DNA of 64,000 nt. It comes from Macrostomum lignano (taxonomy: Eukaryota). Below the pieces are notes generated by a model. That model saw nothing but the letters and a program-made list of their open reading frames with translations. It made no database searches and was not told where the DNA came from. This document shows positions 53,655 to 64,000 of this stretch, one piece after another. Numbering within the stretch: position 1 is the stretch's first letter; each line of letters begins with the position of its first letter. Made by a program: the position numbers and the translations under genes. The DNA is taken from positions 558,001 through 622,000 of the forward strand of contig NIVC01000020.1 of NCBI GenBank assembly GCA_002269645.1. Reading direction: 5' to 3'.

Positions 53655-56426
53655 TTAATGCTGAGGCATCCTGGGCTGCTGCTGCTGCATCACAATAGAT
53701 GGGTCCACAGCTGGGAAATAGTTCAGGTACTGCTGCTGCTGCTGCTGAGGCTGCTGCCGAGGATCGCCCTGCATCTGCTCGATTGGCATCAGGCGCTTCG
53801 CCTGGCCGTCTCCCGACATCCATTCCGGCATTCGCTGCTGCTGCTGAGGCGGTGGGCCGCCGCCACCGCGGCGCTGCTGCGAGTTGAAGCCGCCGCCACC
53901 ACCGCGCCCGCGACCATAGAACACCATGCCGCTGAAGCCCCCGCCGCCCCTGCCGCCAGGGCCTCCGCCTCCGTCGCCGCCGCCGCTGCCCGTCTGCTGG
54001 CGCGAGTTTCGAGACGCGTTCGCCCGCTCCCGCTGCTGCCGGTCGAACTTCTCTAGGTCGAGCTCGTACATGCGGGGCTGCTGCTGCTGGTCCAGCTGCT
54101 GCTGCGGCGGCCTTTGATGCTGCCGTTGCTGTGGAAACCGCTGCTGCTGCGGGCGCGGATCCGCCGGTTCCTGGCGTTGGCGTCGGCCACCGTCCGACCT
54201 CTGGTTCCCACGCTGGTTCGAGCGCAGTCGCGGGTCCTGGGCGTCCCGGCCAAAGGATTCGGCCTGGCCCGCCCGCTGCTGCGGCGGTGGCTGCCTCGGC
54301 CGGCCGAAGCCTCTGCGACCGCCGCCACCTTCCCTAGGCATCAACTGGGCAGGAGGCGGCGGCGCTGCAACTGCCGCGCTTTCGACTGCATCGTCCGATG
54401 AGCCGGGGTTCCTCGGCTGGACGCCGCGCCCGCGTCCGCGCCCGCGACGCTGCCTGCCGCCGCGCGGGCCCCCGGCCTCGGCTGGGCGCTGAGGCTCTGC
54501 TGGCTCAGCAGCACCGTCAGCATGGCGAATGTTGAACCCGTAGCGCTTAACCAACTCGGCAGGGGTCTTCGGGCTCTGCAGGTACTGGTCGAATCGGTCG
54601 TGTCGCCACTTGTCCACCGCGTCCGGGCCGCGCTTGGCTTGGCGCGGCTGCTTAGAGGCCTCAGCCGTGTCTACGCTGCCCTCCTCGCGGAGGTCGTGCA
54701 TGTAGAAATTGCCCCGTCTGGGCACGAAGGCCGGGTCCGACTCGTCCTCTTCTGGGCTTTTTGGCGCCTCCTCACTTGGACTGCCAGCCTCGACTGCCTC
54801 TTCTACGTATTCCTCGTCGTGCTCCACACCAGCTTCTGCTCTGTCTTCCTCTTTCACTCCAGCCTCCTCTTCATCTTCCTCTTCCTCTTCAGATTCGGCC
54901 TCCTTATTTCCTTCGCCTTCTATGACTTCCTCTTCAGTCTCTTTAACTTCTCCGGTCCCTTCCGCTCCAACTTCATCCTCCTCTTCAGGTTCTTCATCCT
55001 CCTCTCCAGCTTCTTCATCCTCCTTTTCAACATCTTCATCCTCTTCTCCAACTTCTTCATCCTCCTCTCCAGCTTCTTCATCCTCCTTTTCAACATCCTC
55101 ATCCTCTTCTCCAACTTCTTCAGCCTTCTCTCCAACATCTTCATCCTCCTCTCCAGCTTCCTCATCTTCTCCAACATCTTCATCCTCCTCTCCAGCTTCC
55201 TCATCCTCTCCAGCATCTTCATCCTCTCCAAAATCTTCATTCTCCTCTCCAGCTTTTTCATTCTTTCCAACATCTTCAACGTCTTCCAAAGCTTCACCTT
55301 CCTCTCCTCTAGCTTTGTCAACTCCAATTTCACCTTCATCTTCCTCGTCAGCTTCTTTATCATCTTTTTTAGCCTCTTCAGCTGCCTCTCCGATATCTCT
55401 TTCATTTTCTTCTTGAGCTTCGTCGTTATCAACTGCAGCAACGTCTTCGCTTTCTTTCAAATCAATTCCCGCTGTTTCCACTTTAACTTCTCCCTCAGCA
55501 GTCACAGCTTCATCATGCGATTCAGATTCGTCCATATTTGCACCAGCTTCCACATTCGGCTGCTCTTGGGAGTCGCGGCCCCCAGCTGCTTGCTCATCAT
55601 CAACAGCGTCCGAGTAGACGGAGGACGAGCCCTCGCCCTCGACAATTTCGCCGCGTTCCGCAGTCGCCTCTGCAGTCTCGGGCTGAGGTTGGTCAGCCGC
55701 AGATGCCTCATCGTCCTTCATCTCGGCCTGCTCATTCTGCTGCTCACCGCCAGCTGCAGCCGCAGATGACTCATAGTCCTTCATCTCGGCCTGCTCATTC
55801 TGCTGCTCACCGCCAGCTGCAGCCGCAGATGCCTCATAGTCCTTCATCTCGGCCTGCTCATTCTGCTGCTCACCGCCAGCTGCAGCCGCACCGCCCGTGC
55901 CCACATGGGTTTCGGCATGATCAGTCTCCACCTGCTCATCGGCTGCTGGCGCAACTGTAGCTTCATCAGTTTGAGCCCGCTCTTCTCCAGCTTCAGATTG
56001 TTCAACCGCAGGTGCTGGACCTGCCGCCACGGCCTGCTCTGCAGCCTCCACAGCTTCAGCGACCGGATTCTTCAGAGCCTCTGTGGACTCATCAGCAGCC
56101 TCTACTGCCTCACCACTGCCAGCTGCCTCATCAGCAGTCAGCCCAGCCTCCGAGCTCTCCTGCACTGGAGATAACGGATTTGGCTCTCCGCTCTCGGCCT
56201 CAGCCTGCGGCGCCAGCTCCTCAGCGGCTTCGACAAACTGCGCCGACTCGGAGCCGCCCGTGTCGCCGTCCTCGGAGACCGCGTCGCCAGCCTCGGTCTT
56301 CGGAGCCTCGGCAGCCGCGGCGGCCGCGGTGCCGTCTTCGGCATCGGCAAATTCCGACTCTGTGGGATCGTCCTGCGCGTGCGAGTCCTGCAATTGAATT
56401 GGGCTGGGCTTGGATTCGATCCTCAT
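53655..56426 (-). CDS. CASC3: CASC3/Barentsz (MLN51) exon-junction-complex core protein with a very long acidic N-terminus (up to 923 aa)
   Basis: A single ORF containing DPAFVPRRGNFYMHDLR...KWRHDRFDQYLQSPKTPAELVKRYGFNIR (~54525-54737), the Btz/SELOR motif pair. It is followed by RG-rich and Q-rich low-complexity sequence. The start is either the ATG at 56426 or a splice acceptor at 56390-56388. Confidence 0.88.
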   Translation of the reverse strand: MRIESKPSPIQLQDSHAQDDPTESEFADAEDGTAAAAAAEAPKTEAGDAVSEDGDTGGSESAQFVEAAEELAPQAEAESGEPNPLSPVQESSEAGLTADEAAGSGEAVEAADESTEALKNPVAEAVEAAEQAVAAGPAPAVEQSEAGEERAQTDEATVAPAADEQVETDHAETHVGTGGAAAAGGEQQNEQAEMKDYEASAAAAGGEQQNEQAEMKDYESSAAAAGGEQQNEQAEMKDDEASAADQPQPETAEATAERGEIVEGEGSSSVYSDAVDDEQAAGGRDSQEQPNVEAGANMDESESHDEAVTAEGEVKVETAGIDLKESEDVAAVDNDEAQEENERDIGEAAEEAKKDDKEADEEDEGEIGVDKARGEEGEALEDVEDVGKNEKAGEENEDFGEDEDAGEDEEAGEEDEDVGEDEEAGEEDEDVGEKAEEVGEEDEDVEKEDEEAGEEDEEVGEEDEDVEKEDEEAGEEDEEPEEEDEVGAEGTGEVKETEEEVIEGEGNKEAESEEEEEDEEEAGVKEEDRAEAGVEHDEEYVEEAVEAGSPSEEAPKSPEEDESDPAFVPRRGNFYMHDLREEGSVDTAEASKQPRQAKRGPDAVDKWRHDRFDQYLQSPKTPAELVKRYGFNIRHADGAAEPAEPQRPAEAGGPRGGRQRRGRGRGRGVQPRNPGSSDDAVESAAVAAPPPPAQLMPREGGGGRRGFGRPRQPPPQQRAGQAESFGRDAQDPRLRSNQRGNQRSDGGRRQRQEPADPRPQQQRFPQQRQHQRPPQQQLDQQQQPRMYELDLEKFDRQQRERANASRNSRQQTGSGGGDGGGGPGGRGGGGFSGMVFYGRGRGGGGGFNSQQRRGGGGPPPQQQQRMPEWMSGDGQAKRLMPIEQMQGDPRQQPQQQQQQYLNYFPAVDPSIVMQQQQPRMPQH

Positions 56427-56444
56427 GCCGACTGACTCAGCTGG

Positions 56445-56635
56445 CTTTGGGGATTGGAATTGGGGAGGCTAATGAATGCAGTCAGGATTGGGGGATTAGG
56501 ATTGGGGAGGCTAATGAATGCAGTCAGGATTGGGGGATTAGGATTGGGGAGGCTAATGAATGCAGTCAGGATTGGGGGATTAGCATTGGGGAGGCTAATG
56601 AATGCAGTCAGTATTAGGGATTAAGATTAGGGAGG
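56445..56635. repeat. 42-bp minisatellite (GGGGAGGCTAATGAATGCAGTCAGGATTGGGGGATTAGGATT) x~4
   Basis: Read directly; immediately 5' of the CASC3 ORF. Confidence 0.92.
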
Positions 56636-58213
56636 CAATGAACACTATCTGTAAATGCTAACATGGTTTATTACGTTATAGCTGCAGCCTGTAAGTAGAT
56701 TGGGAATGCTTGAAAAACTAACAAAGTTCTGAGAATAGAATTTTGCATTTGCTCTTTAATCATTTTTTATGTTTTGGACTAATATAAATACATAGCACTA
56801 AGCATTATAAATTTAGTAATACTTAACATCATAACCTAACATGATCTTATTTATAATTTTTATATACAAAACATATATTGTATATATTCTAATAAATAAT
56901 GTAATAAAGTAAGTCTCATAGATAGATTAGCAAATGTTAAGCCAACCAATATATTTTTAAATTCAAGTATTAACAAAATAAAAACCATCTAAAACTTTTA
57001 TAATTATATTTTAAGGTTTCATTAACAATAATAAAATATTAATATAGATTGCAAAACAATGTCTAATCAACTATATAATTATATATTAGATATTAATATA
57101 TACTTGAAATAAAGCTATATAAAATAAAGCTTAAATTTGAAATCAATATTATCAAAACCCTTATATAGATAAAATTATAATCTTATAAAACCTATAAATA
57201 ATTTATTTATTAATCTAGAATTCAAGACAAATACAAATAAATCATTAAATATTATTAGGAAAAGGATTTTCAAACTTCTTTATTGGAAAATAGGATAAAA
57301 TAAAGGCCTAGTATAGGTTGTATATATATGCTTTAAGAATATTATACAAAGCTAAACTAGCTAAAGAATAGTCAAATACCATTATTGTTAAATAAGTATT
57401 ACCAAAAGTGCCCTTTGTTAGGCCTAGATAGAGATCTACTTTACTCCTATCCTAGACCACTACTAATATAGATATAAGATTGTAGCCAATCAACATTAGG
57501 CTTACGCTAGGTCAACAAATGAAAATAAGTTTGGCCAATTGAATTGGTTTTTCCAATATTAAAAAACCAATGTTAAAATATACATCAGACATGTGTATTA
57601 ATTTTACATGATGACTCATTTATCTCTTACCCCTTGGTTAGTTACCCTATAATTTTGTTGTCTAGCATATAGCCATCCCACTCCTACTTACTATGTACAT
57701 TTTAATATCAATTTTAAAAACCAATTAGCTAAAGTTATATATGTCTTAGAATTAATACATTTTGTTTTTGCTAGTTTTCTTGTCTAGAGAAGACTAAAAG
57801 AGATACTAACAACAATTAGACTTTTGTTCCACCTATAGTTATGGTTTAGGCCTAGGTTTCAGATTTGTTTAGCTACCTTATACTATATTTAGGCTTATAA
57901 AATCATATACTTAATTATTTTTCAAACTTAACTAAGTTTTAATATGTGGGGTTTTTTTATTTTGACATGGCATAATGAATCAAAGCTGTTTATCTATGCC
58001 TATATGGACAATGACATAGTAAGAAAACAATATACTGGCAATAGGGTTCATCTTAAGTTATATAAATCTCATTTGGAATTCTAATTCAACTTTTTAAAGT
58101 TCAAATAGCAGGCAGGAGCGGCCAATTGTCCTACTATTTATTATACAGGCCTGTTCTTTGAGGCTGGCATGGCAAGCTAAGTCTGATGACTATTGTACAT
58201 AACTACTAACATA

Positions 58214-58311
58214 ACTTGTCTTGATACTGGTATTGGTACTTATTGGTACTGGTATTGGTATTATTGGTATTGGTACTGATACTGATATTGGTACCACTTG
58301 TCTTGATACTG
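58214..58311. repeat. Short (GGTAYT)n tract bracketed by a 16-bp direct repeat
   Basis: ACTTGTCTTGATACTG at 58214-58229 and 58296-58311. Confidence 0.85.
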
Positions 58312-60007
58312 TACTGAACTGATGGGCCACTAAGTCTAAGATTCAAGGCAATATGTTTTGCAACAACAATGCAAAGTCACTATCTACATTAAAGTTGACT
58401 TCAAAAGGCAAAAGCTTTTTTATACATATGTAACATTCAATAGGCAACTGTTTTATTTCGCATTAAAATGTGTAAAAAAGAGGTTTACGGAAATTTCGTC
58501 AAGCAGACATTATGACAGCTCAACTCAGCAAATGGATGATAGCTGCACGTACATCTTTCTTGTTTAGGCGAAAAAAGTTATAATTTACAAATTGGGTTTG
58601 GTTCTCGAATCAGAACAAGCAATATGAAAAGGCCGAATGTGATGTCAAATTTGTTTAAAACGCATACACTCTAGAAAGTATATTTTCGTAGAAACGACCG
58701 GCCCCTCCGATCAGTGGTCTGTCGTGCCTTTGCGCCGTGAGGTTGCCTTGTGCAGTTGTAAAATGCTTCGCAAGCTCCGGGATGCTCTGCTTACCGAAAG
58801 GATGCCTGTGAATGCATGTAGGGATACATGCATGCTTGTACAATTATGTATGCTGTGTAAGGCAATTGATTGCTGTATCTGCCTGCGTAATGAGGAGGCT
58901 ATGCCATCTGCGGCTAACCCTAACAAACGACAAACTTACCACCCTGTAAACCTACTACGTTGGGCGTGACGTGCATGGATGTGCAGCAGCAGCGTCTCGT
59001 TGCTCGACGAGCTCTCGGCCTTCAACCATGAGCTCAACATAACTAACAATGGTTGAACATGCGCAAATTGACCTGTACCGCCTCGCGAAACTGCAGATTT
59101 GCCAGCAGGCGGCCGTCATTATGTGGATGATGACTCGCGGCGTCATAGTAGCGAGAAATCTGCGGCAACTATGTGAGGTACAGCAGCGTGACCAGCACAA
59201 GCACCTGATAGTTTTGGGGCGGGCTGCATTCTTATCTTTGAATTTTAGCACTTAGACCCTTGACAGACGGTGTGGTTCTTATGAAAAAACTTATCGACGA
59301 AGAAAATGTTTCAGCACGAATTACCTATATGCATGTATGTAGACTTCTAATTAATTAGTTAGATTTTTTAGAATTTTTATTTAACTACTGTTACTTCTGT
59401 TTTGAAAGGGGTGAAAGTTTTTGCGCGCATTTGCAAAAATGGTTGTTTGAAAACATTTGTGTTAAGCATCGGATAAATGTTACTTTCAGTAGAGATGCAA
59501 GTTTTTTCAGTTCATACGGCTCTAGAAACTTTATCACTATTTTCACTCGTCTATCCTAGATGACAGATGCTACAGTTTGTGTCCGGGCTGTGAGATGTGA
59601 CTTGAGTGTCCGCGTTCCTGATGCAGTACGCCAGGATGTTGAGCTCAGAAAGCTCAGAGAAAAAGCACAAATATTCCCGACTTGAGTTTGAATCGAGAAT
59701 GCAAAAATTCCTTTGCCTCTGACTGGAGAGCTGAGCACCTTTGACGATCTTGCAGCTGCCGGCTGCTTGCTTAATGCAAACTCAGCAGCTCAGCTCAACT
59801 CGATACGATATTGCGTCAGCTGCATCTGCTATTTTTGGCCCTGCTGTCTGCCTCACTGCCTGCACCTGTACGGGTTTTGTCATTCCTGATTTAGCTCAGA
59901 GGGACCCGCGTCCTGTTGATAAAATTGCATACAGATTTTTCTATGAATGTTCCTGGAAAAAATTAATTTCTTCTGGGGCTCGGATCCCTATAATCTGCTC
60001 AAGAATT

Positions 60008-60474
60008 GCTCAGTTGATGGGGAATCGCTCAGGTGATGGGGAATCGCTCAGGTGATGGGGAATCGCTCAGACGATAGGGAATCGCTCAGGTGATGGGGAA
60101 TCGCTCAGGTGATGGGGAATCGCTCAGGTGATAGGGAATCGCTCAGGTGATGGGGAATCGCTCAGGTGATGGGCAATCGCTCAGGTGATGGGGAATCGCT
60201 CAGGTGATGGGGAATCGCTCAGGTGATGGGGAATCGCTCAGGTGATGGGGAATCGCTCAGGTGATGGGGAATCGCTCAGGTGATGGGGAATCGCTCAGGT
60301 GATGGGGAATCGCTCAGGTGATGGGGAATCGCTCAGGTGATGGGGAATCGCTCAGGTGATGGGGAATTGCTCAGGTGATAGGGAATCGCTCAGGTGATGG
60401 GGAATCGCTCAGGTGATGGGGAATCGCTCAGGTGATGGGGAATCGCTCAGGTGATGGGGAATCGCTCAGGTGAT
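60008..60474. repeat. 19-bp minisatellite (GATGGGGAATCGCTCAGGT) x~24
   Basis: Read directly. Confidence 0.97.
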
Positions 60475-61006
60475 GAGGTGAGTCTACAGCATGCTGCAGA
60501 GGCCAAGTCAGAAGCAGGTGGCAGCCAAGGTGAGCTGCGCATAAAGGCCAACCCAAAGGCCATCGAGTGCATTCAAACTCTGTCATGCAATTTCAAACTC
60601 TGCCGCCATAAGACGGCTCAAAGGCACGTCGAACCTTTAAGAGGCTGAGTAGATGAGGCAAAATCGGAAATCTCTGCGAATCACGAAAATAGGCATGATG
60701 CAATTAAAAACAGCCTCCATTCCTAAGCTGGGCCGTCAGTGCAAAAGGTTGAATAGCAGTTTAATGCATTTAAAAGCAGTGCAGATGCCACACTCCATGA
60801 ACGAGATTGTTGTGGAAATTTTAGCGTTGACGTGTTGTTTGCACCTGCCTGCAGGTCATGAAAAACACCATGCAGCTATCTGCACTCTGTCTCCACTGCT
60901 CAGCTCCATGCACAATGAGCAGCTCACTGAGTCATCTGAGACTGCAATGTGAGCGAATCAAGGCCATACAGAAATCAGCATTCAGACAGAAACCACTTCA
61001 GTCACA

Positions 61007-61143
61007 CAGTAGCCACTACAGTCACACAGCAGCCACTCCAGTCACACAGCAGCCACTCCAGTCACACAGTAGCCACTCCAGTCACACAGCAGCCACTCCA
61101 GTCACACAGCAGCCACTCCAGTCACACAGCAGCCACTCCAGTC
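61007..61143. repeat. 20-bp minisatellite (CAGTCACACAGCAGCCACTC) x~7
   Basis: Read directly. Confidence 0.94.
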
Positions 61144-61710
61144 CCAAAAAGTAGATTCTGCCCTCCAATCTGTCCTGCTTCAGTGCCCTGAAACATCCAT
61201 TTTGGTGCCCTGTCCTGACTGAGCATCCATGATTGCAAGGTGCATTTTTTGCTCTTCGTCCCTTCCTTCCCTTCCTTTCCTTTCCTTCCCTTCCTTTCCT
61301 TTCCTTCCCTTCCTTCCTCATGTCCCGCCCTTCGTCACAGACAAATATAGCACAGCATTTTTAAAGTCACTGGTAGGATGGCAAATGGTTTGAGACAGGG
61401 TGGGGTAACAGGCCCCAACTGCAGCCCTGTAAGACAGCTGAATTCAATGAAACTTGCAACTCTATTTTCTGCGATGAGATTTTGCAAGTGCCGTGCCAAC
61501 ATAAATGAATGAATGACCTTCAGAGAATGCATCGTAACTGAAAATTGGTCCTGTTTGTTTTTGTCAAAAATGGGCTGCAACAAGTGGCTGGAGTTCTCTA
61601 TAAAATGAGTCCATGGAGCAGCCTTAAAAAGACACTATGGCCTTGAGAAGGCTTTATGGCTGCAGGGCGAGTCTTCTAACTGACTTCTAACTCTCAACTG
61701 CTACATCAGC

Positions 61711-63421
61711 ATGGCCAGGCTCTTGCTGCTGCTCATCACAGCCGCTGTCTGCACAGGTAAATTGGCATTCTGCTCGAATAGCAATTAGCAAATGCACTTC
61801 ACGCAGCTCAGGTGACCATTCTCGCATTGCAGACGGCGGCCTCGCCATCAGCTGCTTCAGCCGCGGGGGAAGCACAGATGGCAGCAACGGGACTGCGATT
61901 TCCTGCCCAGGCTTCCCCTACTGCTATTCTTATTCAAAAGGCCCCGAGGTAAGGGTCTAATGAGAAACATCACAGAGTGGCTTGTTTGGCTTTGAGTTCA
62001 CTTTTGATTTACCGTCTGCCAGGACAGAAGATTTAAGGGAAGCTCTCAGTTTTTTTCACTGAATGACTGCCTCTCTCACCGGAGAGACGGTGTCGGCGTG
62101 GATGCCCAGCAGTTGAGGTTTGCCCACTACAGAGACTTGATCAGGACTTAGCCGCAACAGGTAGACCACAATCGCCTGCAGAATGTTGAAGGTCTACAAG
62201 CTCCGCGTCAACACATGCGGCTGACTGGGCAAGGTGAGGTGCAGTGAGGCGCTGAAGCACGGCTGGCAGTGTAGCAGCGCTGTGGCACGAGTGTCTGTGG
62301 GCGTGGCTGAACGACCCAGAGGTGCTCAGGTGCTCAGCCTGCCCCATAGATCTTATACCCGGTATTCTCATATATACGCTCGTACTGGTATGTGTTTATG
62401 ATCTTTGGTCTGCCCGTGCATCAATGCCATTCGGCAGTACGTTGATTATATTGCTGACGTTACATTGTTTGCCTGTCCGTGCAGAAATACCCTGATGATT
62501 GCTGATTGACGCACAGGGGAAGGTGCGCGACACACAGCTAGCCCTTGTTCTTGAATTCTGTGTCTGCGTTGCTTCAATTAGCATTGAAAGAAAATAGAAT
62601 ATGAGGCCGACGGCAGGTTATCTAGCAAGATTTCATTTCTAAAGGTTCTCAGTGAACTAGGCTTTGCTTATCATATTTTCGACACTTTAAGTGTACTTCT
62701 CAAAAATTCGCTTTATGACTGTTTCACCTCTGCTCAAAGCTTTCTTTGTTACACCTGCATTACCCCAGAAGTTGTGAACTATCCTCAGAGCTTTCTACGA
62801 GCTATATTAATAATTTTACATGCTTTCAGCATTTCGCCGGCTGCACAAGCTGCAGGAATGTCCAGGACGGCTATCAATGCAACAGCACCAGCTCGTGCAC
62901 GCTGGGAGATAGTTGTCAAGTGTGCAGTTCTGACTTCTGCAACGCGGTCTATCCCTCAAGCATCAGCTGTTTCTACCGCAGAGGCATGCCATCCAATGCA
63001 AATGACAATGGAACGAAGATCAACTGTTATTACGGGGTGGCCACCTGTTACACGTACATGTCGGTAAGTTGCATCAGCACAGACGCACCTCAGCAGTACA
63101 TCGACTTGCTTTCAGTTAAGATCTTTCACACCATTTTCATTTACCCTCAACTCCCAGAGCACGTCCAACTATGTTGGCTGCGGTGACTGCAGCACACGGG
63201 ACGATCCCACGTGCGTCACATGCAACTCTGCGTACTGCAACACCATCAACCCATCGTCCATCAGCTGCTACGTTGGCACTCAAAACTACGGCGGATCACT
63301 GCGCAACGGAAGTGCCATAGCATGCCCGACAGGAGTCACGTCGTGCTTCGCCTATCGCCGTCTTAGCACTAGAAACGTGTATTCTTCTAGTGTGAGATGC
63401 TCTTCAGAATTTGCTACATAA
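61711..63421 (+). CDS. Secreted or surface Cys-rich protein with tandem Ly6/uPAR (three-finger)-like modules; 3' end uncertain
   Basis: Exons 61711-61756 (signal peptide MARLLLLLITAAVCT), 61833-61948, 62830-63063 and 63158-(63421). It has three ISC(F/Y)...C...C(Y/F)xY starts and two GC..C...C..C...CN ends. The third module is unfinished, so a further splice is likely. Confidence 0.75.
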
Positions 63422-64000
63422 TTATCAATCAAGTGAGCAATCGAAGCCATCTCCCCAATAGTGCACAGACAGTACGAAGGCTTGCAAGGACTAGTTTAGT
63501 GTTGCTTGCATAATCAGCAATCGCTTTTTCAGGTATTGAGCACGCATTCTGTGGGTACAATGACTCCTAGCTCCTACGCAGCATGCCATCTGTCAGAGGC
63601 AGAGCTTTTCTATATCAACTTTGCCCTTGATGGTCTCAGGGGCCTGTAGGGGGGAACTTCAGAGGCTTCTGTCATCAATCATAGCGGGTGCTCTGTCATT
63701 TCCCACTCTAACAAAGTGAGGGCTCAGCCCTAGTGATCGGGAGTGCCTGAGCAAACAGGGGAGCTGCCTACAGCCGAAGCTGGGACTCTGCTTAGGACCT
63801 CAATCGGGAATCTGCAACACCAGCCAGAAGACTTTACTAGGGGATCCTTTACGACTGCGATCGTGTCAAGTAACAGTCAGACAGACTACTGAAAGTAGTA
63901 CGGGTGAGCATGTGGTGTATGAATGATTTTCAGATGCTCAGTGCGAGAAGGGTCGCGCATTCAGGGGTTGCTCTTCTTCCCGTCCACTTGACTTACGAGC

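Noticed and set aside
54522-55769. 415-aa hydrophobic ORF and 235-aa Ser-rich ORF on the plus strand
   Set aside because: They are antisense shadows of the GAA/GAG/GAT-rich acidic CASC3 coding region.
58720-59260. Possible coding exons in a GC-richer island (for example minus-strand VLVLVTLLYLT*LPQISRYYDAASHH...)
   Set aside because: In-frame stops, no consistent splice phases and no recognisable family.
63740-64000. Further Cys-containing exons of the Ly6-like gene
   Set aside because: Cys spacing does not match the module, and the join would need a 30-nt intron; unresolved at the window edge.

Overview
This is eukaryotic, metazoan genomic DNA with spliceosomal GT-AG introns. Roughly a third of the window (about 22 kb, summed by hand) is tandem repeat, spread over about 30 unrelated mini- and microsatellite arrays, many of them inside introns. 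GC-rich exons packed among intronic minisatellites suggest a free-living flatworm such as Macrostomum, but that is inference only. Genes rebuilt by hand: a 6-exon NECAB-like EF-hand/ABM gene (minus), a 6-exon AMPK catalytic alpha subunit (plus, one 1-bp frameshift), tRNA-Ala(AGC), a 3-exon BTB/POZ gene, a 3-exon orphan gene, a 4-exon coiled-coil gene, an intronless large-Maf bZIP gene (one 1-bp frameshift), a CASC3/Barentsz gene with a very long acidic N-terminus, and a secreted Ly6/uPAR-like Cys-repeat gene. Mobile DNA: a decayed Ty3/Gypsy pol, three GG...CC-ended TIR elements with exact 8-9 bp target-site duplications, and a tRNA-derived SINE-like insert. One TIR element carries a 2.2 kb CTAG satellite inside an AMPK intron. 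The most striking unexplained pattern is that several intronic minisatellites are built from copies of the exon/intron junction they sit next to. At NECAB exon 4 this gives six tandem donor sites 36 nt apart, the first three of them in frame and stop-free. No CRISPR array or prokaryotic system is supported. All family calls are from recalled motifs and hand translation; no database search was run.
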